Origin: a virus | Length of the DNA stretch: 64,000 bases | Direction: 5' to 3' (one strand) | IMG/VR virus record: IMGVR_UViG_3300015371_000001 | Span: 64,001 to 128,000 of that record | In this document: positions 35,190 to 43,735 of the stretch, one piece after another | How the letters are laid out: the number at the start of each line of letters is the position of its first letter | How positions within the stretch are numbered: position 1 is the first letter of the stretch | The notes under the pieces: model-generated | Told to the model about the DNA's origin: nothing | Seen by the model: the letters and a program-made list of their open reading frames with translations, nothing else | Databases searched by the model: none | Translations under genes and position numbers: made by a program

Positions 35190-35523
35190 GCAGTCGCAGT
35201 ACCTAGCCGATCTGTACTACGTCTCGGCTCAGATGAGGAGCGACCAACCTCACCCGTGGGCAGGACCGTTCTCAGCGACTCGGTTCGTGCAGGTGGAGTC
35301 CATCTTCGGGATCGCCGCCGCGTTGTTCGGCTTCTGGATCTGGAGTCAGCCCAGCGGTCAACTCCTTGCTGGCGTCTCGTGGGTGGTCGCTGTCGTTTGT
35401 CTGTGGGAGCCCGCGTGGCTGATCGCGTCGTACTTTGCGGCGATTGGCTACGCCAGGAAACACCCAGAGCGATATGAGGTTCGGGGGTCGAAGTTCCGAC
35501 TACGACTGGAGGCGATGAAGTGA
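35146..35523 (+). CDS. membrane protein
   Basis: 2 TM segments. Confidence 0.6.
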   Translation: MNRKPPNWKKMPPDEQSQYLADLYYVSAQMRSDQPHPWAGPFSATRFVQVESIFGIAAALFGFWIWSQPSGQLLAGVSWVVAVVCLWEPAWLIASYFAAIGYARKHPERYEVRGSKFRLRLEAMK

Positions 35524-35723
35524 CAGACGAGAACGATCTGCTAGATGCTGACGCTGCGTGGGAGCGTGCCAGTGCTCTGCTCCGGCAAGCCGACCGGAGC
35601 TTGCGGGGCGGAACCCCCGGCATCGCCGACACGCAGGCCAACCTGGCGATGGCCTACACCTTGTACGCCACCGGCAGGCAGGAAGGCAGCATCATCTTCG
35701 AACCTGCTGAAGAAAACAGGTAG
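35520..35723 (+). CDS. hypothetical protein
   Basis: GTGA coupling. Confidence 0.55.
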   Translation: MTDENDLLDADAAWERASALLRQADRSLRGGTPGIADTQANLAMAYTLYATGRQEGSIIFEPAEENR

Positions 35724-35772
35724 AACCGAGTACCAGGGTTCGAGAGGGTATCTATTCACAGGAGGCGCACCA

Positions 35773-36033
35773 GTGAGCGTTGACACCCAGACGGCCCCGG
35801 AAGGCAAGGCAACCTTGTCGATTCCGGACCCCACCGGGGACACCCGCATTCTGTGGGACCCCACCAACCGTGACGAGGTCGACCTGGCCCGAGCCGCTTT
35901 CGAGCAGGCGAAGGCAAAGGGAATGGCAGCGTTCGCAGTCAACCCGGCTGACGGCTCTCAGGGCGGTCAGATCCGTGAGTTCGACCCGGAGGCGAAGGCC
36001 ATCGTCATGGTGCGGCAGTTGCAGGGAGGCTAG
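35773..36033 (+). CDS. putative ubiquitin-like (beta-grasp) protein ending in Gly-Gly
   Basis: 86 aa; RBS AGGAGG; beta-beta-alpha-beta-beta-beta pattern; C-terminus IVMVRQLQGG*. Confidence 0.6.
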   Translation: MSVDTQTAPEGKATLSIPDPTGDTRILWDPTNRDEVDLARAAFEQAKAKGMAAFAVNPADGSQGGQIREFDPEAKAIVMVRQLQGG

Positions 36034-36038
36034 TCCCC

Positions 36039-37016
36039 TTGCCGGACCGCGATGAGGACCGAGGCCCGGATGTGTCCCTGAAAGCTGGGACCATCCGGGC
36101 TTCGGATTTATCAGACTTTGCAATCAGCCTGAAGCACGTACAACGAGGGATCGAGAACATGGCCATCACCATCCGGGACTTGGACGGCGCGTTCCGTACG
36201 GCGGCGGGGCAGATCACGACCAACACCACGACGGGGACCTACACGGGTCGGATCGTCAACAACACCAACGCGACGGTCACCTTCAACGATATGTATACCA
36301 ACACTTGGACCACTGGCTACAACGGCTACGACCGGATCACGTACGACGACTTCGGGTGGGACCAACGGTTGGAGGACTATCGACGTTGGTATACGACGCC
36401 CCCACGGGATACGCGGACGCCGGAGGAGATTCAGGAGGCTGCGGCGCGACTTCAGCGTGAGCTAGACGAGCGGCAGTACCGGCGTGAGGAGCAGAGCCGT
36501 CGTCGGCTGGAGCGAGCCCAGCGTGAGGAGGAGAACCGGCAGGCGGCGCACAACCGTGGCCTGGAGGTCCTGGAGTGGATCTTGACGCCCGAGGAGCGCG
36601 AGCAGTGGGCCAAGGACAGTCAGGTCGTGGTCAAGGGCTCTGAGGGCAACCTGTACCGGGTGAACACCTCTGGGGTCCACGGCAATCTCACCGAGGTCGA
36701 TGAGCACGGCTGCGAGTTGGCCCACATCTGCGTCGCGCCTCAGATGTACGTGGGTCGGAACGACCACGAGGACGACTATGGACGAGTAATGCCGTCGTCA
36801 GATGGCTGGGTGGGTCAGATCCTCATGATCAAGAACAGCGAGCGGGAGATTCAGGCCAGGGGTAACTACTCGCGTCGTAATCCGTGCCGTCGAGACCGGA
36901 ACCGGACCGCGCGGATCAACCGTGAGCCGATGCCTGGAGACCGGATGGAGCTTGCTCACGTCATCCGTGAACAGCGTGAGCGGATGGAGCACAACTGGAA
37001 CGTGAACGCCGCGTGA
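36039..37016 (+). CDS. coiled coil + conserved-Cys domain protein (possible E2-like partner A); start uncertain (alternative 36159)
   Basis: GS.G..YRV...N..E.D.HGCE....C.AP.MY...P...G..GQ.L shared with the next gene. Confidence 0.65.
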   Translation: MPDRDEDRGPDVSLKAGTIRASDLSDFAISLKHVQRGIENMAITIRDLDGAFRTAAGQITTNTTTGTYTGRIVNNTNATVTFNDMYTNTWTTGYNGYDRITYDDFGWDQRLEDYRRWYTTPPRDTRTPEEIQEAAARLQRELDERQYRREEQSRRRLERAQREEENRQAAHNRGLEVLEWILTPEEREQWAKDSQVVVKGSEGNLYRVNTSGVHGNLTEVDEHGCELAHICVAPQMYVGRNDHEDDYGRVMPSSDGWVGQILMIKNSEREIQARGNYSRRNPCRRDRNRTARINREPMPGDRMELAHVIREQRERMEHNWNVNAA

Positions 37017-37591
37017 GTGAGGATCTGTGGCGCAAGCTGCTCGTACAGGAGGGCATCGTGCAGGCTCCGATGGAAGCCGATGTGTTGTGGAAGATGTGGG
37101 TCGACCGGTACTTGAAGCCGTGGCAGCCGTCGGCTCGCGAACGTGAACGGCACGCCGCTCAGGCTGAGCGAACCCGGCAACGACTCCGGCAGGACTTGGC
37201 TGAGCAGCGTGGTCACGAGCGCAATGAGCGTGCGGCGTGGGAGGAGTTGGACTCGCATCTCACCAAGGATGAGGTCGCTCAGCGAAAGAAGGACGGTTAC
37301 GTCGACTTCATGGGCTCGAACGGTCGGCGGTACCGGGTCTATATGAGTGACGAGTTCGGGATCACCGACAACGTCTGGGAGATCGACCAGCATGGGTGCG
37401 AGATCCGGAACTACTGTGGAGCGCCGGAGATGTACGCCAACGACATGAGGTTCGCGCGTACGAAAGCCATTCCTGAGCCGTTGGGATACTTGGGACAGGT
37501 TTTGACGTTGAGGTTCAATGCCGAGGCATTTTTGGCAGCGGCGTACGCAGGCGAAGTATGGCAATGTGAGAGGCAGCAAGGCAGTGGCTAA
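37013..37591 (+). CDS. conserved-Cys domain protein (possible E2-like partner B), paralog of the previous gene
   Basis: Same motif: GSNGRRYRV...NVWEIDQHGCEIRNYCGAPEMY...GYLGQVL. Confidence 0.7.
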   Translation: MSEDLWRKLLVQEGIVQAPMEADVLWKMWVDRYLKPWQPSARERERHAAQAERTRQRLRQDLAEQRGHERNERAAWEELDSHLTKDEVAQRKKDGYVDFMGSNGRRYRVYMSDEFGITDNVWEIDQHGCEIRNYCGAPEMYANDMRFARTKAIPEPLGYLGQVLTLRFNAEAFLAAAYAGEVWQCERQQGSG

Positions 37592-37727
37592 CAGGTACCG
37601 GACCAGGCAGCGTCCGGCAAGACAGCGGGGTCATCTGGCGGACAAGCTCCACCACCCTGTTTCGATCCTCGTGATGGGCGTGGCGGTGTTCACCATCTTG
37701 GTGTGGCTTCCACGCTGCGCGGGATGA
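37584..37727 (+). CDS. small membrane protein
   Basis: GAGGCAGC RBS; one TM. Confidence 0.5.
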   Translation: MANRYRTRQRPARQRGHLADKLHHPVSILVMGVAVFTILVWLPRCAG

Positions 37728-38230
37728 CGAAGAAGGCTCCGCCGAATCCCGAGACGGTTCGTCTCATCGAGGCGACTCGTGAGGCTCACGAGGTTCTGGC
37801 TGATCTGAAGGCGGAGCGGAAGGCTATCGAGGACCTGGTTGAGAACGCTTCGGCGAAGCTCGCCGAGGAGCTTCAGGCGATGCATGACGGTTTCGTCGCG
37901 GCGCTGGTCGAGCAGGGCTTGGAGAACTACAGGTCCACGATTGAGCAGGCTCAAGAGGATGGCGTAAGGACGATCCTCGAAGGGTTTGATGAGATGGTCA
38001 GCAAGTTGTTGATCGCGACCAAGAAGGATCAGCGCCGAGGACTGCCGTCGATTCCTGATCTGGTAGAGCAGATGGCGTCCGGCAACCTGGATTTCGACTC
38101 TGAGGCGATGAAGCGCAAGGTCCAGGAGATTGAGGCGGAGATGGCCGCTGAACAGCGGTTGCGTGACCGGGAGGAGCGACGTGCCCGAGCTAAGGCAGAA
38201 GCTAAGTCCCGAAGAAAAGGTCGCCGGTAG
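37724..38230 (+). CDS. coiled-coil protein
   Basis: ATGA coupling; helical. Confidence 0.7.
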   Translation: MTKKAPPNPETVRLIEATREAHEVLADLKAERKAIEDLVENASAKLAEELQAMHDGFVAALVEQGLENYRSTIEQAQEDGVRTILEGFDEMVSKLLIATKKDQRRGLPSIPDLVEQMASGNLDFDSEAMKRKVQEIEAEMAAEQRLRDREERRARAKAEAKSRRKGRR

Positions 38231-38525
38231 GAAGTTCCGGGACGAGCAGCAGGCGTACCTCGACAGGCTGAATGAGACAGACCCGCCGACGTACGACGAA
38301 GGTGTGGACACGCTCCAGCGATACATCCGCCACGAGTGTGCCAAGCAGGGAGGCCGGAAGGCGTTGTCGATGCAGGAGGTCTACATCTTCAGCGATGACA
38401 AGAAGTTCGGCTTCATATTCAAGGAAGGCAAGTGCCGGTGCGGAGAGACAGCACGAACGGCAACAGGTCGGTTCGTGATCGCATCGGAGAGACCACCACT
38501 GGAAGGAAGGGTGGCACGTAGATGA
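38181..38525 (+). CDS. hypothetical protein (HEC...CRCG)
   Basis: RBS GGAGGAG before GTG 38181. Confidence 0.6.
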   Translation: MPELRQKLSPEEKVAGRKFRDEQQAYLDRLNETDPPTYDEGVDTLQRYIRHECAKQGGRKALSMQEVYIFSDDKKFGFIFKEGKCRCGETARTATGRFVIASERPPLEGRVARR

Positions 38526-38851
38526 CTGATCCGTGGGACATGCCAGAGATGAAGGAGTGGGCCGACCACATCCGGAAGGAGTTGGTCCCTAAGCTTGTCG
38601 GCTCGGCAGCGACGGTGTCGATTGTGCCGAAGGGTGAGACCGACGTGAAGTACGCGGTCGAGCTAGGCATGTCGATCATGTTGGAGAAGCCGCTAGTGCT
38701 GATGGTCTCTCCTGGCGCGCATGTGCCGGACAAGCTGGCGCAGATCGCCGACGCCATCATCGAGATCGACTTCGATGACGCTGACAGTCAGCACCAGGCA
38801 GGCGAACGGCTCCAAGAGTTCCTGATCTCGGTGGCGAACGATGGATCTTGA
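38522..38851 (+). CDS. nucleoside 2-deoxyribosyltransferase-like (Rossmannoid) small protein
   Basis: D.K.AVELG.SI.LEKPL.L resembles the E.G.A....KP signature. Confidence 0.45.
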   Translation: MTDPWDMPEMKEWADHIRKELVPKLVGSAATVSIVPKGETDVKYAVELGMSIMLEKPLVLMVSPGAHVPDKLAQIADAIIEIDFDDADSQHQAGERLQEFLISVANDGS

Positions 38852-39002
38852 CGATCCGTACATCGACCTCGGGTGGTGGGCGATGTCGGGTCGAAACCTC
38901 ATGGAGGCGCTTCAGCGGGCTCATAATGGCGAGGACCCTGACCTGATCTACGCCGAGCTATACGCCAACTCGCGGACGGAGATCCCTCCAGTCGCGGAGT
39001 AG
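38841..39002 (+). CDS. small hypothetical protein
   Basis: 53-aa ORF filling the gap (MDLDDPYIDLGWW...GEDPDLIYAELYANS). Confidence 0.55.
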   Translation: MDLDDPYIDLGWWAMSGRNLMEALQRAHNGEDPDLIYAELYANSRTEIPPVAE

Positions 39003-39026
39003 GCTCGCAGTAGGAGGCAGTCCCCG

Positions 39027-39251
39027 ATGAGCATGTTCCCTGGCAGGTTCACCCTGCGGTGTTGGCACTGTGGTCTGTGGCGCACCTTCCGGAACGGTAA
39101 GACCAACGAGGAGATCGATCAGGCGCTCCGTGACAAGGAGTGGGTCGTACGCCGGAACGAATCTGGTGACCTGACCGGATTGGCTTGTCCGGAGTGTTCC
39201 AGCCGCTACTTCCTGACAGGGGAGGTGGCTCATGAAACCGACCAAGCGTGA
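39027..39251 (+). CDS. Zn-ribbon protein
   Basis: CWHC...CPEC; GGAGGCAG RBS. Confidence 0.7.
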   Translation: MSMFPGRFTLRCWHCGLWRTFRNGKTNEEIDQALRDKEWVVRRNESGDLTGLACPECSSRYFLTGEVAHETDQA

Positions 39252-39897
39252 GGTCATCGGCTTGAGTGCGGTGGTGCTCGGCTTCATCGGCTTGATCATG
39301 GCTTGGATCTTCACCGATCACGGCAGTGCTGACGAGCAGACCAAAGATCCTCCCATCGTGGAGATCGCCGTGGGGCAACCGGCGTACCCAGGGGTCTCTG
39401 GGTTTGGTACCCGTACAGGTGGTGGTCGAGGAGGACCGGTCTGTCAGGTGACGGACGCCGATTCCTTCACGGAGTGCGTCGCGCAGGACGGTCCGCGCAT
39501 CGTCGTTTTTGAGAAGGGCGGCACCTACGTCTTGGATCAGCCGGTGGAGATCACCGAGCCGTACTTGACCATCGCCGGTCAGACGGCACCTGGAGGGATC
39601 AAGCTGACTCAGCCGCTCAAGGTCATGACGCATGACGTGGTGATCCGGTGGGTTGACTGCAACGTGTACCTGAGCCGATATGCAATGCTCCCCCGAGCCA
39701 ATGTGGTCCTGGACCGGATCGGACCGAGCGCCGTGCCGGTGATCCCAAAGCCGCTCATCGACAGCGATGATGACGGGATGCCTGACGACTTCGAGATCTG
39801 GCATCACAACGATCTCAACGCCGACGATGCGGCGTATGACGTGGACAAGAACGGCTATGCCGATATTGAGGACTGGTTCAACCAGTTGTTGTCGTGA
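39232..39897 (+). CDS. membrane-anchored, internally deleted PL1 pectate-lyase-like protein
   Basis: AYPG..GFG....GGRGG.V..VT...GPRIVVF..GG...TIAGQTAPGG, plus C-terminal DSD.DGMPD..E...D...NGY..IE.W.N. Confidence 0.7.
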   Translation: MKPTKREVIGLSAVVLGFIGLIMAWIFTDHGSADEQTKDPPIVEIAVGQPAYPGVSGFGTRTGGGRGGPVCQVTDADSFTECVAQDGPRIVVFEKGGTYVLDQPVEITEPYLTIAGQTAPGGIKLTQPLKVMTHDVVIRWVDCNVYLSRYAMLPRANVVLDRIGPSAVPVIPKPLIDSDDDGMPDDFEIWHHNDLNADDAAYDVDKNGYADIEDWFNQLLS

Positions 39898-40202
39898 ACC
39901 AACCGCGAGGCGTAGGCGACATCTTCGGGGAGGACATCCCTCCGCTGAGGGGTACGCCCGCGTGTGACGGTGTGGACCCCAAGCTGTTCGACTCGGTCCA
40001 TGAGGAGGACCACATCACGGTCGCCGTGGAGTACTGCGCTGGGTGTCCGGCGAAGCGGTCGTGTCTGGAGCGCCGGGAGTGGTTGGCGAATCTCCACCCG
40101 TATGCCAAGCCGGAGGGGACCTGGGGCGGCAGGCTCTACAACACCAAGGGCCGTCAGAAGCGAGTCAAGCCGAACAAGTACATCCGATACCGAGCGGCGT
40201 GA
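39894..40202 (+). CDS. whiB: WhiB-family Fe-S transcription factor
   Basis: AC..DP.LF...C..CP....C and GTWGG motif. Confidence 0.9.
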   Translation: MNQPRGVGDIFGEDIPPLRGTPACDGVDPKLFDSVHEEDHITVAVEYCAGCPAKRSCLERREWLANLHPYAKPEGTWGGRLYNTKGRQKRVKPNKYIRYRAA

Positions 40203-40216
40203 CCGATAATCTTGTC

Positions 40217-40423
40217 GTGGAGATCGACCCGGCTCACGAGAGTACGTGGGGAGCAACCCCGGAGTACAAAGCGGCGTGGGAAGCCAAGCATGGTGAGAGC
40301 GCCCTACGTCCGGCTGAGAGCGCTCCCAAGGCCGAGTGGGTCGATTGGGCTGTCGCGCATACTGACCTTGACCGGAAGCAGGCCGAGGGTCTGACGACGA
40401 AGGCACTGAAGGAACTGGAATGA
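40217..40423 (+). CDS. small protein with P..SA.KAEWV.WA helical module, probably leaderless late gene
   Basis: GTG lies 7 nt after CCGATAA (40203-40209). Confidence 0.6.
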   Translation: MEIDPAHESTWGATPEYKAAWEAKHGESALRPAESAPKAEWVDWAVAHTDLDRKQAEGLTTKALKELE

Positions 40424-40571
40424 GAGGTAGCCCGCTCGTCTGGACGATTGTCGGCATTCTGCTGATCATCCTGTTGGTGATCATTCTGATCAGGGCGTTT
40501 GACGACAACGGCGATGGCGGCAAGGGAGATGACGGCGTTCTCACACCTCGCCTCGTCCTTGTGAGGTAGCC

Positions 40572-41009
40572 GTGGCTGATCTCGGGCAGCCGATTTCGAA
40601 CCAGAGTCTCTTGGTGGCAGCAAAGATTGTGCTGCCAGGTTTCCCTGCCGTGTCCATCTGGATCGGCCTGGCGTTCCTGTTCGGTGATCCGTCTCGTTAC
40701 ACCTCGCCTTCGCTCGATGTGGCCAAGGACATCATGCCGATTCGGACCTGGGGCGTGTTGTTCTTGTTGGTCGGCGCGATTGAGTTGTCTGCGCTGATCT
40801 TCGGAGGCAATCGGTTTTGGTTCTCTGCTGCGCTCGCCATCGGAGCGGCCATGTTCGCCGTCTGGACCGTGGTGTTGACGGTGGCCATCTTCACGGTGCC
40901 GGACGCCTCGCTGACCGGTCCGGTCTACCCTGCATTCATCGCGCTCGTCCACCTGTCATTCATCCGCTACTTGAGCTACGACTGGTACCAGATCGAGCGC
41001 AGCCGTTAG
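40572..41009 (+). CDS. 4-TM membrane protein (paralog of 19257..19664)
   Basis: Shared FGDP.R / WG..FL..G..EL motifs. Confidence 0.75.
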   Translation: MADLGQPISNQSLLVAAKIVLPGFPAVSIWIGLAFLFGDPSRYTSPSLDVAKDIMPIRTWGVLFLLVGAIELSALIFGGNRFWFSAALAIGAAMFAVWTVVLTVAIFTVPDASLTGPVYPAFIALVHLSFIRYLSYDWYQIERSR

Positions 41010-41037
41010 ATCCTCGAACAGCTAGGTATTAGAGAGT

Positions 41038-42510
41038 GTGGCTACGGCAATCGAGCATGGGCAGAAGGTCCTGGCCTCGATTGTCCCGAATGGTCGCGAT
41101 GAGCTTGACCTAGCGCTGCGGTACCTGCTGCCCGAGCACTTCCAGGACCCGACCCAGCGCAATCTGTTCCTGATGCTGGAGCGGTACGCCGACATCACGG
41201 GCGCGGTCATGACCCGTGACGCCTTCGATGATTTGATCTCGAAGGCTACGGCGGACGCAGGCAAGGCCGCGCTCTATCTGGAGACCTACGACCTGCTGGT
41301 TGCGATGCCGTCCTCTCCGGCTGAGTTCCGCTGGAGCATGAACGAGCTACGGGACCTGGCTGCTCAGCGAGAGACTGGCCGGGTCATCACCGAGGCTATG
41401 GGCATCCTCCAGACCGGGCTCGATGGGGAGCACGGGAAGCGTCTCAAAGGCCATGAGGATGCCCGTACGCATGTGCTGGCGGAGTTCGCCGAGATCGACC
41501 GCTCCCTGGCCATGCAAGAGGCCCCAGAGGGCGCTATCCGGCATCAGCAGGAGGAGATCCTTCAGGACTATGCCGACCGGAAGCGAGCCACCTCAGAGGG
41601 CCGGAACGTCGGCGTCGACTTCGGCTTGCGTGCGCTTGACTACAAGATCGGTGGGCTCCAGCCTGGCGACTTCGCCCTGATCGCCGGGTACTCCAGCGAC
41701 GGCAAGACATCTCTGGTGGTCCAGCTTGCTTGGGCAGCGGCGGTCCAGCAGGGCAAGAACGTGGTCATCGCCACCACGGAGACCACGCAGCCTCAGGTCC
41801 GGCGCAAGCTGGTCGCTCGGCACTCCACCCTGGAGCAATTCGGTCTGACCGACGGCCTCAACTCCAGGGCGCTGCGGGACGGCACGTTGGACGCCGATGA
41901 GGAGCGGGTCCTTCCGGAGGTGGTCACCGACCTCACCCGGAATCCGGCGTACGGGGAGGTCTACATCAAGCAGATCCCGAGGGGGCAGACCCTCGCGCAG
42001 TTGGAGTCGGCGCTGTATCGGATTCACCGGAGCTTCCCCATCGACGTGTGCGTGATGGACTACTTGGCTCTGCTGAAGGCCGAGCGCCGGAGGGAATCCA
42101 TCCGGGACGAGCTTGGCACGCTGATGAAGGAGTCCAAGCAGATCGCTACTACGTTCGATGATGGCCGTGGTCTCATCTTCGTGAGCCCCTGGCAGGTCAA
42201 CCGGACGGCGTACGACAACGCGCTGCGGCTGGGCTACTACACCACGCTGGCGCTGTCAGAGACGGCAGAGGCGACCAACTCCCCCGACATCATCGTCAGC
42301 GTACTCAACCAGATTGCCGATAGCGATGCACGGTTCGCCGAATTGAAGCTCCAGCTACTCAAGAACCGGGACGGCGAGACGGCGTCGAGTTTGATGATGG
42401 CCGTCGACTACGCCACCTGTAACTTTTCCGAGAAGGTGTCGAACACCGGCATTGAGGGCGTCCTGGACGGCACGGAGGACCAAGAGTTCGGCGGTCTCCT
42501 CGGCATGTGA
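41038..42510 (+). CDS. dnaB: DnaB-like replicative helicase
   Basis: LD..IGGLQPG, AGYSSDGKT, MDYL.LL, QVNR, KNRDG. Confidence 0.9.
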   Translation: MATAIEHGQKVLASIVPNGRDELDLALRYLLPEHFQDPTQRNLFLMLERYADITGAVMTRDAFDDLISKATADAGKAALYLETYDLLVAMPSSPAEFRWSMNELRDLAAQRETGRVITEAMGILQTGLDGEHGKRLKGHEDARTHVLAEFAEIDRSLAMQEAPEGAIRHQQEEILQDYADRKRATSEGRNVGVDFGLRALDYKIGGLQPGDFALIAGYSSDGKTSLVVQLAWAAAVQQGKNVVIATTETTQPQVRRKLVARHSTLEQFGLTDGLNSRALRDGTLDADEERVLPEVVTDLTRNPAYGEVYIKQIPRGQTLAQLESALYRIHRSFPIDVCVMDYLALLKAERRRESIRDELGTLMKESKQIATTFDDGRGLIFVSPWQVNRTAYDNALRLGYYTTLALSETAEATNSPDIIVSVLNQIADSDARFAELKLQLLKNRDGETASSLMMAVDYATCNFSEKVSNTGIEGVLDGTEDQEFGGLLGM

Positions 42511-42550
42511 TCCGATAACTCCCACGAGTGACCAGACTCCGGGAGTTTGC

Positions 42551-42865
42551 ATGGCTGACGAGCGGTTGAAGCGCCCTTGTGACGTGTGTCTTGAGGTGGA
42601 CGACCACCCTCGCCATGTCCACGGGTTGGCTCCGGATGATCCCAACGCTGTAGCGCCGAACGACACCGACTTTGAGTTGGTCGTGGGTCAGCCAGGCGTG
42701 TCTGCGGCGTCCCTCCAGCAGTTCTTGGACCCACTGACCCAGATTCGTCACCTTGACTGCTGCGCGGACAAGGGATGCCCGACCGGTACCTGTGGTCCTC
42801 AGCTTGAGGCAGCAGATCACGCTCACGGCGACGAGCTTCTTGCTGCGATTCAGAAGGAGGGCTAG
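42551..42865 (+). CDS. Cys/His-rich protein heading the second structural module
   Basis: CDVC..VDDHPRH...HLDCC...C. Confidence 0.7.
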   Translation: MADERLKRPCDVCLEVDDHPRHVHGLAPDDPNAVAPNDTDFELVVGQPGVSAASLQQFLDPLTQIRHLDCCADKGCPTGTCGPQLEAADHAHGDELLAAIQKEG

Positions 42866-42868
42866 GGA

Positions 42869-43267
42869 ATGGCTGGTTTGGTTCAGGCGCACGCGAACGC
42901 GATTCTTGATGCGTCGCTGGACGGAGGCTCGGTCACGCTGTCGACCTCCGCGATCAAGTGCCGTCTGATGACGGCCAATGGCTCTGCTACGTCGGCAGGA
43001 ACGGAGCTTTCGACCAGCGGTGGTTACACCTCGGGTACTGGCGCTCCGACGGTCACGTTCGCAGCAGCGTCGTCGGGCTCGAAGGCGTCGAACGCCGCAG
43101 TTACGGTGACCAACATGCCAGCGGCCACCATCGTCGGCGTTGAGCTTTGGGACTCGGCTGGTACTCCGCTGCGGAAGTGGTGGGGAGCACTGAGCGCCAA
43201 CAAGACGACCAACTCCGGCGACACCTTCTCCATCGCCTCGGGCAGCCTGACCGCGTCCCTGACCTAG
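42869..43267 (+). CDS. small virion structural (fibre-associated) protein
   Basis: L.TA...GTE.S..GGY...F.AAS.G...N...T...G..L...KT..SGDTF.IASG.L. Confidence 0.75.
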   Translation: MAGLVQAHANAILDASLDGGSVTLSTSAIKCRLMTANGSATSAGTELSTSGGYTSGTGAPTVTFAAASSGSKASNAAVTVTNMPAATIVGVELWDSAGTPLRKWWGALSANKTTNSGDTFSIASGSLTASLT

Positions 43268-43276
43268 GGAGGGACC

Positions 43277-43729
43277 TTGGCTGAGTACTGGTTGAGCGTC
43301 GATGCCATCGCGCTCTCCGCGTCTACGGCGAAGTCAGTGTTGGAGATTGCGGCTGGCTCGAACGACCCTGTCTCCATCGTGGAGTGGTGGGTCGAGTTCG
43401 ATGGCACGTCCAGCACGGCGGTGCCGGTCAAGGTCGAGGTCGGTCGATTCAGCGCTGGAGTGACGACGGCGACCACCGGCACGGCGGAGAAGCGAGACAC
43501 TGGAACATCCGGTGGCGGCACGGCGGCGACGGTGAAGCACACCACAACGACCGAGGGTGCCGGTACGGCGGACGACATTCAGTTCCACCGGGTTCCGCCC
43601 ACTTCAGGTCTGTGGTACATCGCTCCGATGGGTCGCGAGGTCATCATCGCGGGTTCGGGATTCTGGCGGATGCGGTTGAATGCTGCGGCCACCGTGAACG
43701 CCACGGTGGGAGTGGTTTGGCAGGAGTGA
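43277..43729 (+). CDS. virion structural beta-sandwich protein
   Basis: Beta-rich and Thr-rich; ends V.W.E. Confidence 0.65.
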   Translation: MAEYWLSVDAIALSASTAKSVLEIAAGSNDPVSIVEWWVEFDGTSSTAVPVKVEVGRFSAGVTTATTGTAEKRDTGTSGGGTAATVKHTTTTEGAGTADDIQFHRVPPTSGLWYIAPMGREVIIAGSGFWRMRLNAAATVNATVGVVWQE

Positions 43730-43735
43730 TCCTGC

